Assembly (NCBI GenBank): GCA_040389905.1
Contig: JAZJZK010000035.1
Span: 1-35,956 of the forward strand
From: Gemmatimonadota bacterium
GTDB lineage: Bacteria; Gemmatimonadota; Gemmatimonadetes; Gemmatimonadales; Gemmatimonadaceae
Reading direction: 5' to 3'
Length of the DNA stretch: 35,956 bases
The notes below the pieces were generated by a model. That model was not told where the DNA came from. It made no database searches and saw only the letters and a program-made list of their open reading frames with translations. Within the stretch, counting starts at the first letter, position 1; each line of letters begins with the position of its first letter. The position numbers and the translations under genes are program-made. Shown here one piece after another: positions 27,001 through 34,928 of this stretch.

Positions 27001-27298
27001 ACTGCGTGACCGATTCGGTCACCTGCCAGTCCCTGCAGAAGCGATGCTCGCAATGGCACAACTCCGTGTCGCCGGGGGTATTCTGGGGATCGAGGGCATC
27101 CTCATTCGCGGCGAGGAGGCTCGTATTACCTTCAGGGATTCGGCCGTGCCGCGGATGAAAGGACTCTCGGCGGCGTTCCACGAAGTGCAGTTCCAGGCGG
27201 AGGTGCGGCGCGCGCATCCGCTTTCACTCAAGCTGACCCGGCTCGGTGGCGCCCAGCTACTCGACGGGCTCGTACGCGCCTTACGTGCGGTCGTCTGA
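24017..27298 (+). CDS. mfd: Transcription-repair coupling factor
   Basis: GDYVVHLEHGVG, GDVGYGKTE, DEEHRFGV, TATPIPRTL, QLRGRVGRS, RGAGNLLGAEQSG, TRCF C-terminus. Confidence 0.98.
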   Translation: MSLPSLLDALERLPAFARVFNTLPQPSRQLRIAGLPGSADAALVAALARRLTTRFLVVVADGVPQAERLLADLHTLLDETPVALYPPREGFGEMEPHVEVAGERVETLERLSRGEIRVLLTTPRALLERTRLPAALADLRIELRKGDVRKPRELAEHLERIGFERVPMVEDVAQFSLRGGIFDVYSFGMTDPVRMEFWGDEISDLRHFELSSQRSTRTVDLAVVLPVDGQVKEDAGAGERLSVSALFPPDTLLVYPTGTHLLPELKRTWDEAAHHLDLARRRGEDADPREELFEAPEVAAATMSQFGRLRLVDAAAEEADVSFPLRAPEPIDRDIKRLRRLVRDGMPTIILCDNEGQCERLDELLNEDTRDPSPAALVVGALGGGWMLPPGDHERGLRVLTDHEIFRRERRVRRARRYVSGGVDSLALKLGDYVVHLEHGVGIYRGIETIFVGQSTIEVAVVEYEGGDRLNVPLYRIDQLERYRSADDVSADVPPPRLHRLGGKRWAAQRDRTRAAIQEMTLELLDLYARRKVAARPAHVPDTAWQRQLESSFLFEDTPDQRKATTDVKTDMESTRPMDRLLVGDVGYGKTEIAVRAAFKAVQSGRQVAVLVPTTILADQHARTFGERLADFPVKIAVMSRFQSAKEQAVTLRELADKKVDIVIGTHRLLSPDVVFADLGVIIVDEEHRFGVKHKERLKQLKLETDVLTLTATPIPRTLHLSLAGLRDMTLMQTPPRDRSPVLTFLEPADDGLIDEGISRELDRGGQVFFVHNRIETIVAQADHIRRIVPRARIAVAHGQMKERELEDIMHRFVSGEVDVLVSTLIVESGLDVPNANTMFVNRADHLGLAQLYQLRGRVGRSHRRAYCYLLVPDAVDPDAERRLQVLEHHTELGAGYKIALKDMEMRGAGNLLGAEQSGYVHAVGFDLYLKMLDETVQRLMRGDAAPKPRPADVSMDIPAYLPDDYIEAQEAKLDVYKRLAKFDTPEEIEALRAELRDRFGHLPVPAEAMLAMAQLRVAGGILGIEGILIRGEEARITFRDSAVPRMKGLSAAFHEVQFQAEVRRAHPLSLKLTRLGGAQLLDGLVRALRAVV

Positions 27299-27329
27299 CG
27301 CCCGCCTCAACCTCTCGACGACCGTCCGC

Positions 27330-28757
27330 ATGAAACACATACGCCTGCTCACCGTCGCGCTCGCCGCGACTGCACTCGTCGCGTTCCACGACCGCTCCGA
27401 CGCGAGCGCCGCCCAGGAAGAAGTCGTTGCCGTCGCCGGACCACAGCAGTTGTCGGTCACCCGGCTCGGCGAACTGCTCGGCAACGCGGCGCAACAGATT
27501 CCGACCAGCAAGGAGGTCGCCCTCCTCGTCGCTCGTGATCTGTGGATGCCCTATCATCTGCTCGCGCTTGCCGCCGCGCGCGGCGACTCCCTGAACGACG
27601 GTCGCTCCATCGACTCCGCCGCCGCCGCGATGCTCCAGAATGCGTTGCTGGGTCCCTACCTCCAGGCCGCCGTCGCGAAGCTGCCCGTGGACTCTGGGAA
27701 TGAAGCGTCATACCGCGCGGCCAAGGGCGATTTGTACTCCGCGCGCCACATCCTCCTGATGGTCCCCACGGAAGCGACGCCGAAAGAGAAGGCTGCGATC
27801 CGGAAGAAGATGGAGGGCATCCGCGCCAAGGCCACCGCGACGACCTTCGCCGACCTGGCGAAGAAAAACAGTCAGGATGGCAGTGCCAAGGACGGGGGGA
27901 GCCTCGGCGTCTTTCCCCGGACCAGGATGGTCAAGCCCTTCGGTGACGCGCTCGCGAAGCTCAAGCCTGGCGAGATCTCCCCGATCGTCGAAACGCAGTT
28001 CGGCTATCACATCATCCAGCGGAACAACTGGGCGACGGCGAAGGCGGACTACATGTCGATGAATGCCGAACAGGGCAAGCAGCAAGCGGAAAGCACGTTC
28101 ATCGCGCAGACGGAGGCGGCTGCGAACATCAAGATCGCCGACAACGCCGCCGCCACGATGAAACTCATCGCCAAGGATCCACTCGCCGCGCGCCGCTCCA
28201 CCACGCCCATCGCCACGGTGTCTGGCGCGACGATGACCGCGGCCAACGTGGCGCTGGTTCTGCTCGCGGCGCCGACCAATCAGCGGCTCATGCAGCAAAT
28301 CCAGGCGTCACCCGACTCCATCGTCCTTCAATACCTCAAGAGCATCGCCCAGCGCGAAGCGCTCGTGCGTCGCGCGGAAGCGGAGAAAGTCACCACGGGC
28401 CCGTCGGATCTTGCCGCGCTTCATCGCGACTTCGCGCAAGCGGTGTCGGCGAACTGGGCGACGCTCGGCGTCGATCCCAAGATGCTCGCCGATAGCGGAA
28501 AGACCGTGGCCGACCGCGAACGGCTTGCGGCGCGCCAGGTGGACGCGTTTCTCGACAAGGTTCTGGCCGGCACAACGCAACCGGTGAACATCCCCGCGCC
28601 CGTGCTCATCGTGCTCGTCAATAAGTACCCGAGCAGCGTGAACGAAGCTGCCGTCGACCGCGTCGTCGAACGGGCCACGAAGCTGCGTGTTGCGGTGGAC
28701 TCGGCCCGCAACGCCGCCCTGCCGAAGTCTGTTGTTCCCCTCCCCGGCAAGCCGTGA
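27330..28757 (+). CDS. Parvulin (PpiC-type) peptidyl-prolyl isomerase, exported; paralog 1
   Basis: SARHILL, FADLAKKNSQD, GGSLG, MVKPF, VETQFGYHII; signal peptide without a lipobox Cys. Confidence 0.88.
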   Translation: MKHIRLLTVALAATALVAFHDRSDASAAQEEVVAVAGPQQLSVTRLGELLGNAAQQIPTSKEVALLVARDLWMPYHLLALAAARGDSLNDGRSIDSAAAAMLQNALLGPYLQAAVAKLPVDSGNEASYRAAKGDLYSARHILLMVPTEATPKEKAAIRKKMEGIRAKATATTFADLAKKNSQDGSAKDGGSLGVFPRTRMVKPFGDALAKLKPGEISPIVETQFGYHIIQRNNWATAKADYMSMNAEQGKQQAESTFIAQTEAAANIKIADNAAATMKLIAKDPLAARRSTTPIATVSGATMTAANVALVLLAAPTNQRLMQQIQASPDSIVLQYLKSIAQREALVRRAEAEKVTTGPSDLAALHRDFAQAVSANWATLGVDPKMLADSGKTVADRERLAARQVDAFLDKVLAGTTQPVNIPAPVLIVLVNKYPSSVNEAAVDRVVERATKLRVAVDSARNAALPKSVVPLPGKP

Positions 28758-28910
28758 TCCGGGAATTCGCTGGCACCCCTGCGCGGACCGTCCGTGCATG
28801 TTAGGTTATGGGGATGCTGCGGTTCCGGGTCTGCTCGTCTACGGGCTCGTGCGCGCATCGCGTGCGCGGGCCAGCGCCCGCCTCTCATTTCCCGACTACC
28901 GCTTCTACAC

Positions 28911-30392
28911 ATGAAACGATCTTCGCTGCTCGTCCTCGCGGTTAGTGCTTCGTCGCTCGTCGCGTGCAGTGGACTCAATGACGCGTTTTCGGCACACGTC
29001 GATACCGTCGCCAAGGCAGGTTCGCAGGAACTGACGGTTACCCGGCTCGGTGACATGATCGGCAAGGCCAAGCTCGGCCTGCCGGTCAATCGGGACGTGG
29101 CAATGGTCGTATCGCGCGACCTCTGGGTCCCGTACCAGCTGCTCGCCATGGCTGCGGCGCGCGGCGACTCTCTCGCGGATACGAAAGCGATCGACGCGGC
29201 CGCCATTGGCCTGCTCGAGAACGCCAGGATTTCAAAGTTCATGCAGGGCATCCTGGACAAGGTTCCGGCTGACTCAGGTGGCGAAGCAGCGTACCTGAAG
29301 GCAGACAAGGGCCTGTTCTCGGCTCGGCACATCCTTTTCAAGCTTCCGGACAACCCGTCACCGATTCAGCGCGACTCGCTGCGCCGCGCGGCGATGACCG
29401 TCCTTGCGACGGTCAATGACGCGAACTTCGCAGAGCTGGCCGCGAAATACAGCGCCGACAACACGAAAGACCGTGGTGGCAATCTCGGCGTGTTTCCGAT
29501 CAGCATCATGGTCAAGCCGTTCGCCGATGCGCTGACGCGCCTCAAGCCGGGTGAGATCTCCAAGCTCGTTGTGACGCAGTTCGGGTATCACATCATTCAG
29601 CGCAACACCTGGGAGCGCGCGAAGACCGAGTACGCGGCACAGGCCGGCAATCGCGGCAAACAGGTCGCCGAAAGCCTGTACGTCTCGAGCACGCAGCGGT
29701 CGGCGGTCATTGAACTGAAGAGCGATGCGGCGACGACGATGAAGGAACTGGCGCGCGATCCGATCGCCGCCCGCGCATCGAAGACGGTGCTCGCGACCTT
29801 CAAAGGTGGCAAGCTCACCGCGGGCAAGCTTGCATTGGTGCTGCTCGCGAGCCCGAACGCTGGTCGGCTGTTGCAACAGGTGCAGGGCGCGCCTGATTCG
29901 CTCGTCGAGCGCTACGTGACGCAGATGGCGCAGCGCGAAGTGCTGCTGCAGAGGGCCGACAGCGCTGGCATTCAGATCCCGGCGGAAGAACTGGCGACCC
30001 TGCATCGCGACTTCACCCAGGCCGTCGTTCAGAGCTGGGGAGTGATGCGTGTTGATCCGAAGATGCTGGCGGACAGCGCCGCGACGCCGGAAGCACGCGA
30101 GCGTCTCGCCGCTGCGCGGGTCGAAGCGTACGTCGACCACATCATGGCAGGAGAGGTGCAGCCGATGCCGGTGCCCGCACCCCTTCAGATCGTGCTCATG
30201 GACAAGTTCTCGTCCAAGATCAACCAGGCGGGCATCGAACGGGCAGTCGAACGTGCACGAGGGCTCCGGTCGACGGCTGATTCGGCGAAAGCTGCAGCCC
30301 AGCCGAGTTCGGCAGTACCGCTCCCTGGTGCTGCCGGTCCGGCACCGGCAACTCAGCCTCCGGTGGCGACTCCGCCGACGGCCAAGCCGTAA
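28911..30392 (+). CDS. Parvulin peptidyl-prolyl isomerase lipoprotein (PrsA-like); paralog 2
   Basis: Lipobox LVAC (Cys19), SARHILF, FAELAAKYS, GGNLG, TQFGYHII; Pro/Ala-rich tail. Confidence 0.9.
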   Translation: MKRSSLLVLAVSASSLVACSGLNDAFSAHVDTVAKAGSQELTVTRLGDMIGKAKLGLPVNRDVAMVVSRDLWVPYQLLAMAAARGDSLADTKAIDAAAIGLLENARISKFMQGILDKVPADSGGEAAYLKADKGLFSARHILFKLPDNPSPIQRDSLRRAAMTVLATVNDANFAELAAKYSADNTKDRGGNLGVFPISIMVKPFADALTRLKPGEISKLVVTQFGYHIIQRNTWERAKTEYAAQAGNRGKQVAESLYVSSTQRSAVIELKSDAATTMKELARDPIAARASKTVLATFKGGKLTAGKLALVLLASPNAGRLLQQVQGAPDSLVERYVTQMAQREVLLQRADSAGIQIPAEELATLHRDFTQAVVQSWGVMRVDPKMLADSAATPEARERLAAARVEAYVDHIMAGEVQPMPVPAPLQIVLMDKFSSKINQAGIERAVERARGLRSTADSAKAAAQPSSAVPLPGAAGPAPATQPPVATPPTAKP

Positions 30393-30398
30393 AGCAGT

Positions 30399-30455
30399 GG
30401 TGGGTGGGGCTTTCCCACCCATTCCGTGCGGCCCGGACCTAAATGGCCGGGCCGC
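30399..30455 (+). terminator. Tandem hairpins between PPIase 2 and the surA-like gene (possible terminator or processing site)
   Basis: tgggtggg-gcttt-cccaccca (30401-30421) and gcggcccgg...ccgggccgc (30428-30455); only a weak U-tract. Confidence 0.4.
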
Positions 30456-30471
30456 GTGTATTTTGAGGCAT

Positions 30472-31869
30472 ATGCGCATCCGACTGATTCATACCGCCGC
30501 GGTCATGATGGCCGCCCCGCTCTTCGCGCACGCGCAGCAGCCCGCAGCGCCGTCTTTGCAGCCTCCCTCCGCGAGCGTGGGCGTCATCCCCCTCGATCGC
30601 ATCGTCGCCGGCGTGGGAGACGTCATCATCACGCAATCGGCTCTTCAGGAGCGCATCATCGCCAAGCGGGCAGATGGCGTGCGCCTACCCACGGACTCGG
30701 CGGAATTCCGCAAGTTCGTCCGCAGCGTCGTGAGCGAGCTTCAGGATGAGGAGCTGCTGCTGCTCAAGGCGAAGGACCTCAAGGTCGAGGTGCCAGACGC
30801 CGACGTTGCGAGCACCGTGGACAAGACGTACAAGGATGTTCGCAAACGCTTCACGACCGAGTCCGAGTTCAAGTCCGAGCTCGCCAAGGCAGGATACGGT
30901 ACCCCCGAGGAGTACAAGCGCTTCCAGGCCGATGGGGTGAAGCGCAACGAGACGATCTCGCGCACGGTCAAGAAGCTGCGTGAAGACGGCAAGATCGCCC
31001 AGTCCAACGTCACCGACGCAGAAATCGCCGAGTCGTTCGAGCGGACGCGCGCGACCTTGCCGCGGCGCGAGCCGGCGGTCGCGTGGCGGCAGATCATCAT
31101 CGCCCCACAGCCGTCACCGGCCGCCAAGGCGGTCGCACGAGCGAAGGCAGAATCCCTTCTGGTGGAGCTGCGCGACGGCGCGGAGTTCGAAAAGATCGCC
31201 AAGCGTGAGTCTGCCGACTCTGGCAGCAAGGAGAATGGCGGCGATCTCGGCTGGAACCGGCGTGGCAAGATGGTTCCCGAGTTCGATCGCTGGATGTTCG
31301 CACTGCCGCCGAATCAGCTGAGCCCCGTTGTCGAGACGGCGTTTGGGTTCCACATCATTCGTGTGGATCGCATCCAGCCGGCGGAAGTGAAAGCACGCCA
31401 CATCCTGATCGCCCCGAAGATCGATTCTCTCGACGTCGCGCGCGCGCGCCGGCAGGCCGACAGCGTCGGGGTTGCGTGGAAAGCGGGCGCGCCGTTCGAT
31501 TCCCTCGCCAAGAAGAATCACGATTTCAAGAGCGGTGAAGAGACGTCGCTGCTGACGCCCTTTCCTAAGGCGCAGCTACCGCCTGCCTACGCGGAGGCCT
31601 TCGTCGGTAAGGTGCCAAATGATATCGTGGTGTTTCCGATCCAGGGGAACGGCAATGTGTCGACGAAGTTCGTCGTGGCGCAGGTCGCGGCAGTCGACGA
31701 AGGTGGAGAGTACACACTTCCCGAAGTGAAGGAGCGCTTCCGCGCCCGTCTCGCGGAGGAAGGCGGAATCAAGCGGCTGATGGATCAGCTGCGGAAGTCG
31801 ACGTATGTCTTCGTTCGCGAGGATGCGTTGGCCAGCCTGACTGTTCCAGCCGCCGGCCAAGCGCCCTGA
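30472..31869 (+). CDS. surA: SurA-like periplasmic chaperone/PPIase
   Basis: Signal peptide AHA-QQ, LDRIVAGVGDVIITQS SurA N-domain, parvulin domain GGDLGW...VETAFGFHII plus a second degenerate one; upstream of pdxA. Confidence 0.8.
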   Translation: MRIRLIHTAAVMMAAPLFAHAQQPAAPSLQPPSASVGVIPLDRIVAGVGDVIITQSALQERIIAKRADGVRLPTDSAEFRKFVRSVVSELQDEELLLLKAKDLKVEVPDADVASTVDKTYKDVRKRFTTESEFKSELAKAGYGTPEEYKRFQADGVKRNETISRTVKKLREDGKIAQSNVTDAEIAESFERTRATLPRREPAVAWRQIIIAPQPSPAAKAVARAKAESLLVELRDGAEFEKIAKRESADSGSKENGGDLGWNRRGKMVPEFDRWMFALPPNQLSPVVETAFGFHIIRVDRIQPAEVKARHILIAPKIDSLDVARARRQADSVGVAWKAGAPFDSLAKKNHDFKSGEETSLLTPFPKAQLPPAYAEAFVGKVPNDIVVFPIQGNGNVSTKFVVAQVAAVDEGGEYTLPEVKERFRARLAEEGGIKRLMDQLRKSTYVFVREDALASLTVPAAGQAP

Positions 31870-31889
31870 GGCCGCCGCCGGGCGGGGCG

Positions 31890-32816
31890 ATGCGTGCGCG
31901 TCCGAGGCTGGCCGTTACCGTCGGCGACCCGCGCGGCATCGGCCCGGAAATCGTTGCGGCGGTGCTCGACGACGCACGCGTCAGGAGCGCCGCCGACATT
32001 CGAGTCATCGGGCCAGACGGTGGCCATGTGTCGGACGGGGACGGTATCGGCCATTGGGGTAGGACGTCGACAGTCTCGGACGCGGGCCGACTTGCGGGCC
32101 TCGCGGTCGACAGGGCCATCACGCTGGCTCTGCGCGGAGACGTCGATGGGATCGTGACCGCGCCGCTCGACAAGAGCGCCCTCAAGGCCGGTGGATACGA
32201 CTTTCCCGGCCACACGGAGCTACTCTCGGCTCGGGCGGGCGTTCCGGTCGCCATGATGCTTGCGGCGATGCGTCCGTCGCCCGGAATGACCAATCCACTC
32301 CGCGTCGTGCTCGCGACAACGCATGTCGCGCTCCGCGACGTTCCGCGCGCACTGACATACGAGGCCATCACCACCGCCGCACGCGTGACGCGCGATGGCT
32401 TGCGGGAGTGGTTTGGCATCGAGGCGCCACGCATTGCGCTCTGCGCCATGAACCCCCACGGGGGGGATGGTGGACGGTTCGGCGACGAAGACGAGGTCCT
32501 GCTCGCGCCCGCCGCGCGCGCGAGCGGATTGCTTGGGCCATTTCCTGCGGACACGGTGTTCGTGCGGGCCATGCGCGGAGCCTTCGACGCGGTGATTGCG
32601 CCGTATCATGACGTCGGCATGACGGCAATCAAGGTGGCCTCGTTCGGCTCGGCCGTAAACGTGACGTTAGGGCTTCCTTTTCCTCGCACGTCGCCCGATC
32701 ATGGCACGGCCCTGGATATCGCCGGGCGCGGGATCGCCGATCCATCCAGCATGATCGAGGCGATACTTCTCTGCGCTGACATAGTGGAGCGGCGGCGGTC
32801 AACTGAGCACAGCTGA
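31890..32816 (+). CDS. pdxA: 4-hydroxythreonine-4-phosphate dehydrogenase
   Basis: GDPRGIGPE, TAPLDK, GHTE, ATTH, NPH, PADT, YHD, RTSPDHGTALDIAG. Confidence 0.95.
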   Translation: MRARPRLAVTVGDPRGIGPEIVAAVLDDARVRSAADIRVIGPDGGHVSDGDGIGHWGRTSTVSDAGRLAGLAVDRAITLALRGDVDGIVTAPLDKSALKAGGYDFPGHTELLSARAGVPVAMMLAAMRPSPGMTNPLRVVLATTHVALRDVPRALTYEAITTAARVTRDGLREWFGIEAPRIALCAMNPHGGDGGRFGDEDEVLLAPAARASGLLGPFPADTVFVRAMRGAFDAVIAPYHDVGMTAIKVASFGSAVNVTLGLPFPRTSPDHGTALDIAGRGIADPSSMIEAILLCADIVERRRSTEHS

Positions 32817-33010
32817 CGTACGACGTACCCGGTATTCCGTACCCGGACTGGCATACTCGCCAAGAGGAGCCATCGAGAGTCGCGTCACGAAAAACGCCGT
32901 TCACAACTTCGGACGGCGTTCGGCGCGGGGTCAATGCCATCAAGAGTATCGATGGCTCTTTTTGGCTCGAATGCCAGTCCGGGTACACGGTTCCGGGTAC
33001 TTCGTACGTC
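32815..33010. repeat. 196-nt long-hairpin dispersed element, copy 2
   Basis: Same length, orientation and nested stems as 17780-17975; begins within the pdxA TGA. Confidence 0.92.
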
Positions 33011-33048
33011 TGTGGTTGTACGAGGTACGGACGTACGTAATTTGCGCC

Positions 33049-34371
33049 CTAAGTCCTGTTTTTGTCGCGCCGATCCCCGGCGGAGTGGAGATCCACGCCG
33101 ACGGACTCTACGCGCCGCCCGTCCATGCTCTGCACGGTGAAGATGGCATGCGACGCCGTCACGCGGTCGCCTACCACAGGGACGCGGCCAAGCGCGCCGA
33201 AGATGTACCCGCCGATCGTGGAATACTCGTCATCGGGAATCTCCAGCGCGAAGCGCTCATTGAGCTCGCGGATGTTCGACCCGCCCGAGAGCACCAGGCC
33301 CGCGCTGGCGCTGGCCGAGACGGGCAGTTCCGCCTCATCGTACTCGTCGAGGATCTCGCCGACGATCTCCTCGAGCAGGTCTTCCATCGTCACGATCCCC
33401 GCCGTGCCGCCGTATTCATCGAGCACGACCGCCAGGTGCTCCTTGAGCCGCTTGAAATCGGCCAGTACCTCCTCGACCTCGCGCGAGCCCGGCACGACGT
33501 GGATCGGCCGCATGATAGCCTTGACCGTGAAGCGATCGGGGGGATTTCGCAGCACCGGCAACAGATCCTTCGCCAGCACCAGGCCGATGATGTTGTCGAT
33601 CGTTTCCTCGTAGACCGGATACCGAGAGCGCTGGGTCTCGATGACCAGCGTCACCGCATCGTCGAGCGGCGTATCCACGTCGAGGGCGTCGATCGCGGTG
33701 CGCGGGGTCATCACTTCCCGCGCGTTCTTTTCCGAGAACTCGAAGACGCCCTCGATCAGTGCCGCGTCCTGCCGTTCGAGCGCTCCCGTTTCCTGACTCT
33801 GTTCCACGAGGATGCGGAGTTCGTCGGCGGAGTGCACGTTTTCCTCGCCCTCCGACGGGCGGATCCCAAAGGGGCGAAGGATCAGCTCTGCGGACTTGTT
33901 CAGGAGGGCCGTGAAGGGTGTGGCGATCCAGGCGAACACGGCCAGCGGCGGCACCAGCCATCGGGCCACCTCCTCGGGGTGTTTGAGCGCCGCGCTGCGC
34001 GGTGCGAGCTCGCCGAACACCACGTGCCCATAGGTCACGACCGCCAGGGCGCAGATCGTTCCGATTCCTCCGCCCGCCGCGGCGCGCGCGAGAATGGGCA
34101 CGGCGGCGAACGCGTTGCCGAACAGGTGCGACAACGTCTCCTCGGCCAGTGCGCCGATGCCGATGCTCGCCAGCGTGATGCCGAACTGGCCCGCGGAGAG
34201 CAGGTGCGCGAGGTTCGCGGTGGCCTTGAGGACCAGCCGCGCCTTGGTGTCGCCGCCGCGCGCCATGGCCTCGAGTCGCGACCGTCGGGAGCGGACGACG
34301 GAGAACTCCGCCGCGACGAAAAACCCGTTGGCGGCGAGAAGTGCAACGATGGCCAGCACGCGTCCCAGCAC
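33049..34371 (-). CDS. HlyC/CorC (CNNM DUF21-CBS-CorC) family membrane protein
   Basis: NGFFVAAEFS, QFGITLAS, HVVFGELAP, REVMTPR, SRYPVY, VLDEYGGTAGIVTMEDLLEEIVGEI, STIGG. Confidence 0.93.
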   Translation of the reverse strand: MLGRVLAIVALLAANGFFVAAEFSVVRSRRSRLEAMARGGDTKARLVLKATANLAHLLSAGQFGITLASIGIGALAEETLSHLFGNAFAAVPILARAAAGGGIGTICALAVVTYGHVVFGELAPRSAALKHPEEVARWLVPPLAVFAWIATPFTALLNKSAELILRPFGIRPSEGEENVHSADELRILVEQSQETGALERQDAALIEGVFEFSEKNAREVMTPRTAIDALDVDTPLDDAVTLVIETQRSRYPVYEETIDNIIGLVLAKDLLPVLRNPPDRFTVKAIMRPIHVVPGSREVEEVLADFKRLKEHLAVVLDEYGGTAGIVTMEDLLEEIVGEILDEYDEAELPVSASASAGLVLSGGSNIRELNERFALEIPDDEYSTIGGYIFGALGRVPVVGDRVTASHAIFTVQSMDGRRVESVGVDLHSAGDRRDKNRT

Positions 34372-34424
34372 GGGCGGAACGTAACAGGCGGGCGCCGCGC
34401 TGTCAGCCGACTCGCCAACTCACC

Positions 34425-34455
34425 TTGACGTTCGGTGTCCGCGAGCCGACACTTT
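34425..34455 (+). promoter_or_regulatory. Candidate sigma70-type promoter immediately upstream of ATG 34462
   Basis: TTGACG at 34425-34430; GACACT (17-nt spacer) or CACTTT (19-nt spacer) as -10; lies in a divergent intergenic gap. Confidence 0.35.
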
Positions 34456-34461
34456 TCTACC

Positions 34462-34923
34462 ATGAGCGACTATAGAATCGAGAAAGTCCGCCGAGCCGTC
34501 GAAATCACCCTGGCCACGGGGGGGCGATTGGCCGGTGACATCTTCCTGCAGGCGTTTGCGCGCTTCCGCGCCGGGCCCGAGGAACCGCTCGACGTCCTGA
34601 ATGACGCCGCACCCTTTCTCCCGCTCATTCTCGCCACTGGGGAGCTGCTGCTTGTTCAGAAAGCGCAGATTGCCGTCGTCTCCACCGACCTCCCGGAAAC
34701 CGAGGACCCCGTCGACGCCGGTGTCGTGGGCATGCATGTGGACATCACCTTCATCCACGGCGAAACGATCTGCGGCTCCATCTTTCCGGAGCTGCGTGCC
34801 GATCGCCCCCGACTGGTGGACTTTCTGAACAACACGTCCCTCACGTTCATCCCGCTCTTCGCGACGGACCGATTGCACCTCGTCGACATCAGGCACGTCG
34901 CGTACGCACGTCCGTCGGCTTGA
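34462..34923 (+). CDS. Hypothetical protein with an internal tandem duplication, 153 aa
   Basis: VEITLATGGRLAGDIF...LDVLND..PFLPL aligns with VDITFIHGETICGSIF...VDFLNN..TFIPL; 5 nt upstream of the pilT-like gene. Confidence 0.75.
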   Translation: MSDYRIEKVRRAVEITLATGGRLAGDIFLQAFARFRAGPEEPLDVLNDAAPFLPLILATGELLLVQKAQIAVVSTDLPETEDPVDAGVVGMHVDITFIHGETICGSIFPELRADRPRLVDFLNNTSLTFIPLFATDRLHLVDIRHVAYARPSA

Positions 34924-34928
34924 CGACC

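Noticed and set aside
30049..30471. 141-aa N-terminal extension of the SurA-like ORF
   Set aside because: Overlaps PPIase 2 out of frame; the signal peptide begins at ATG 30472
32962..34428. 488-aa plus-strand ORF
   Set aside because: Antisense shadow of the CorC-family gene; it starts inside the repeat element
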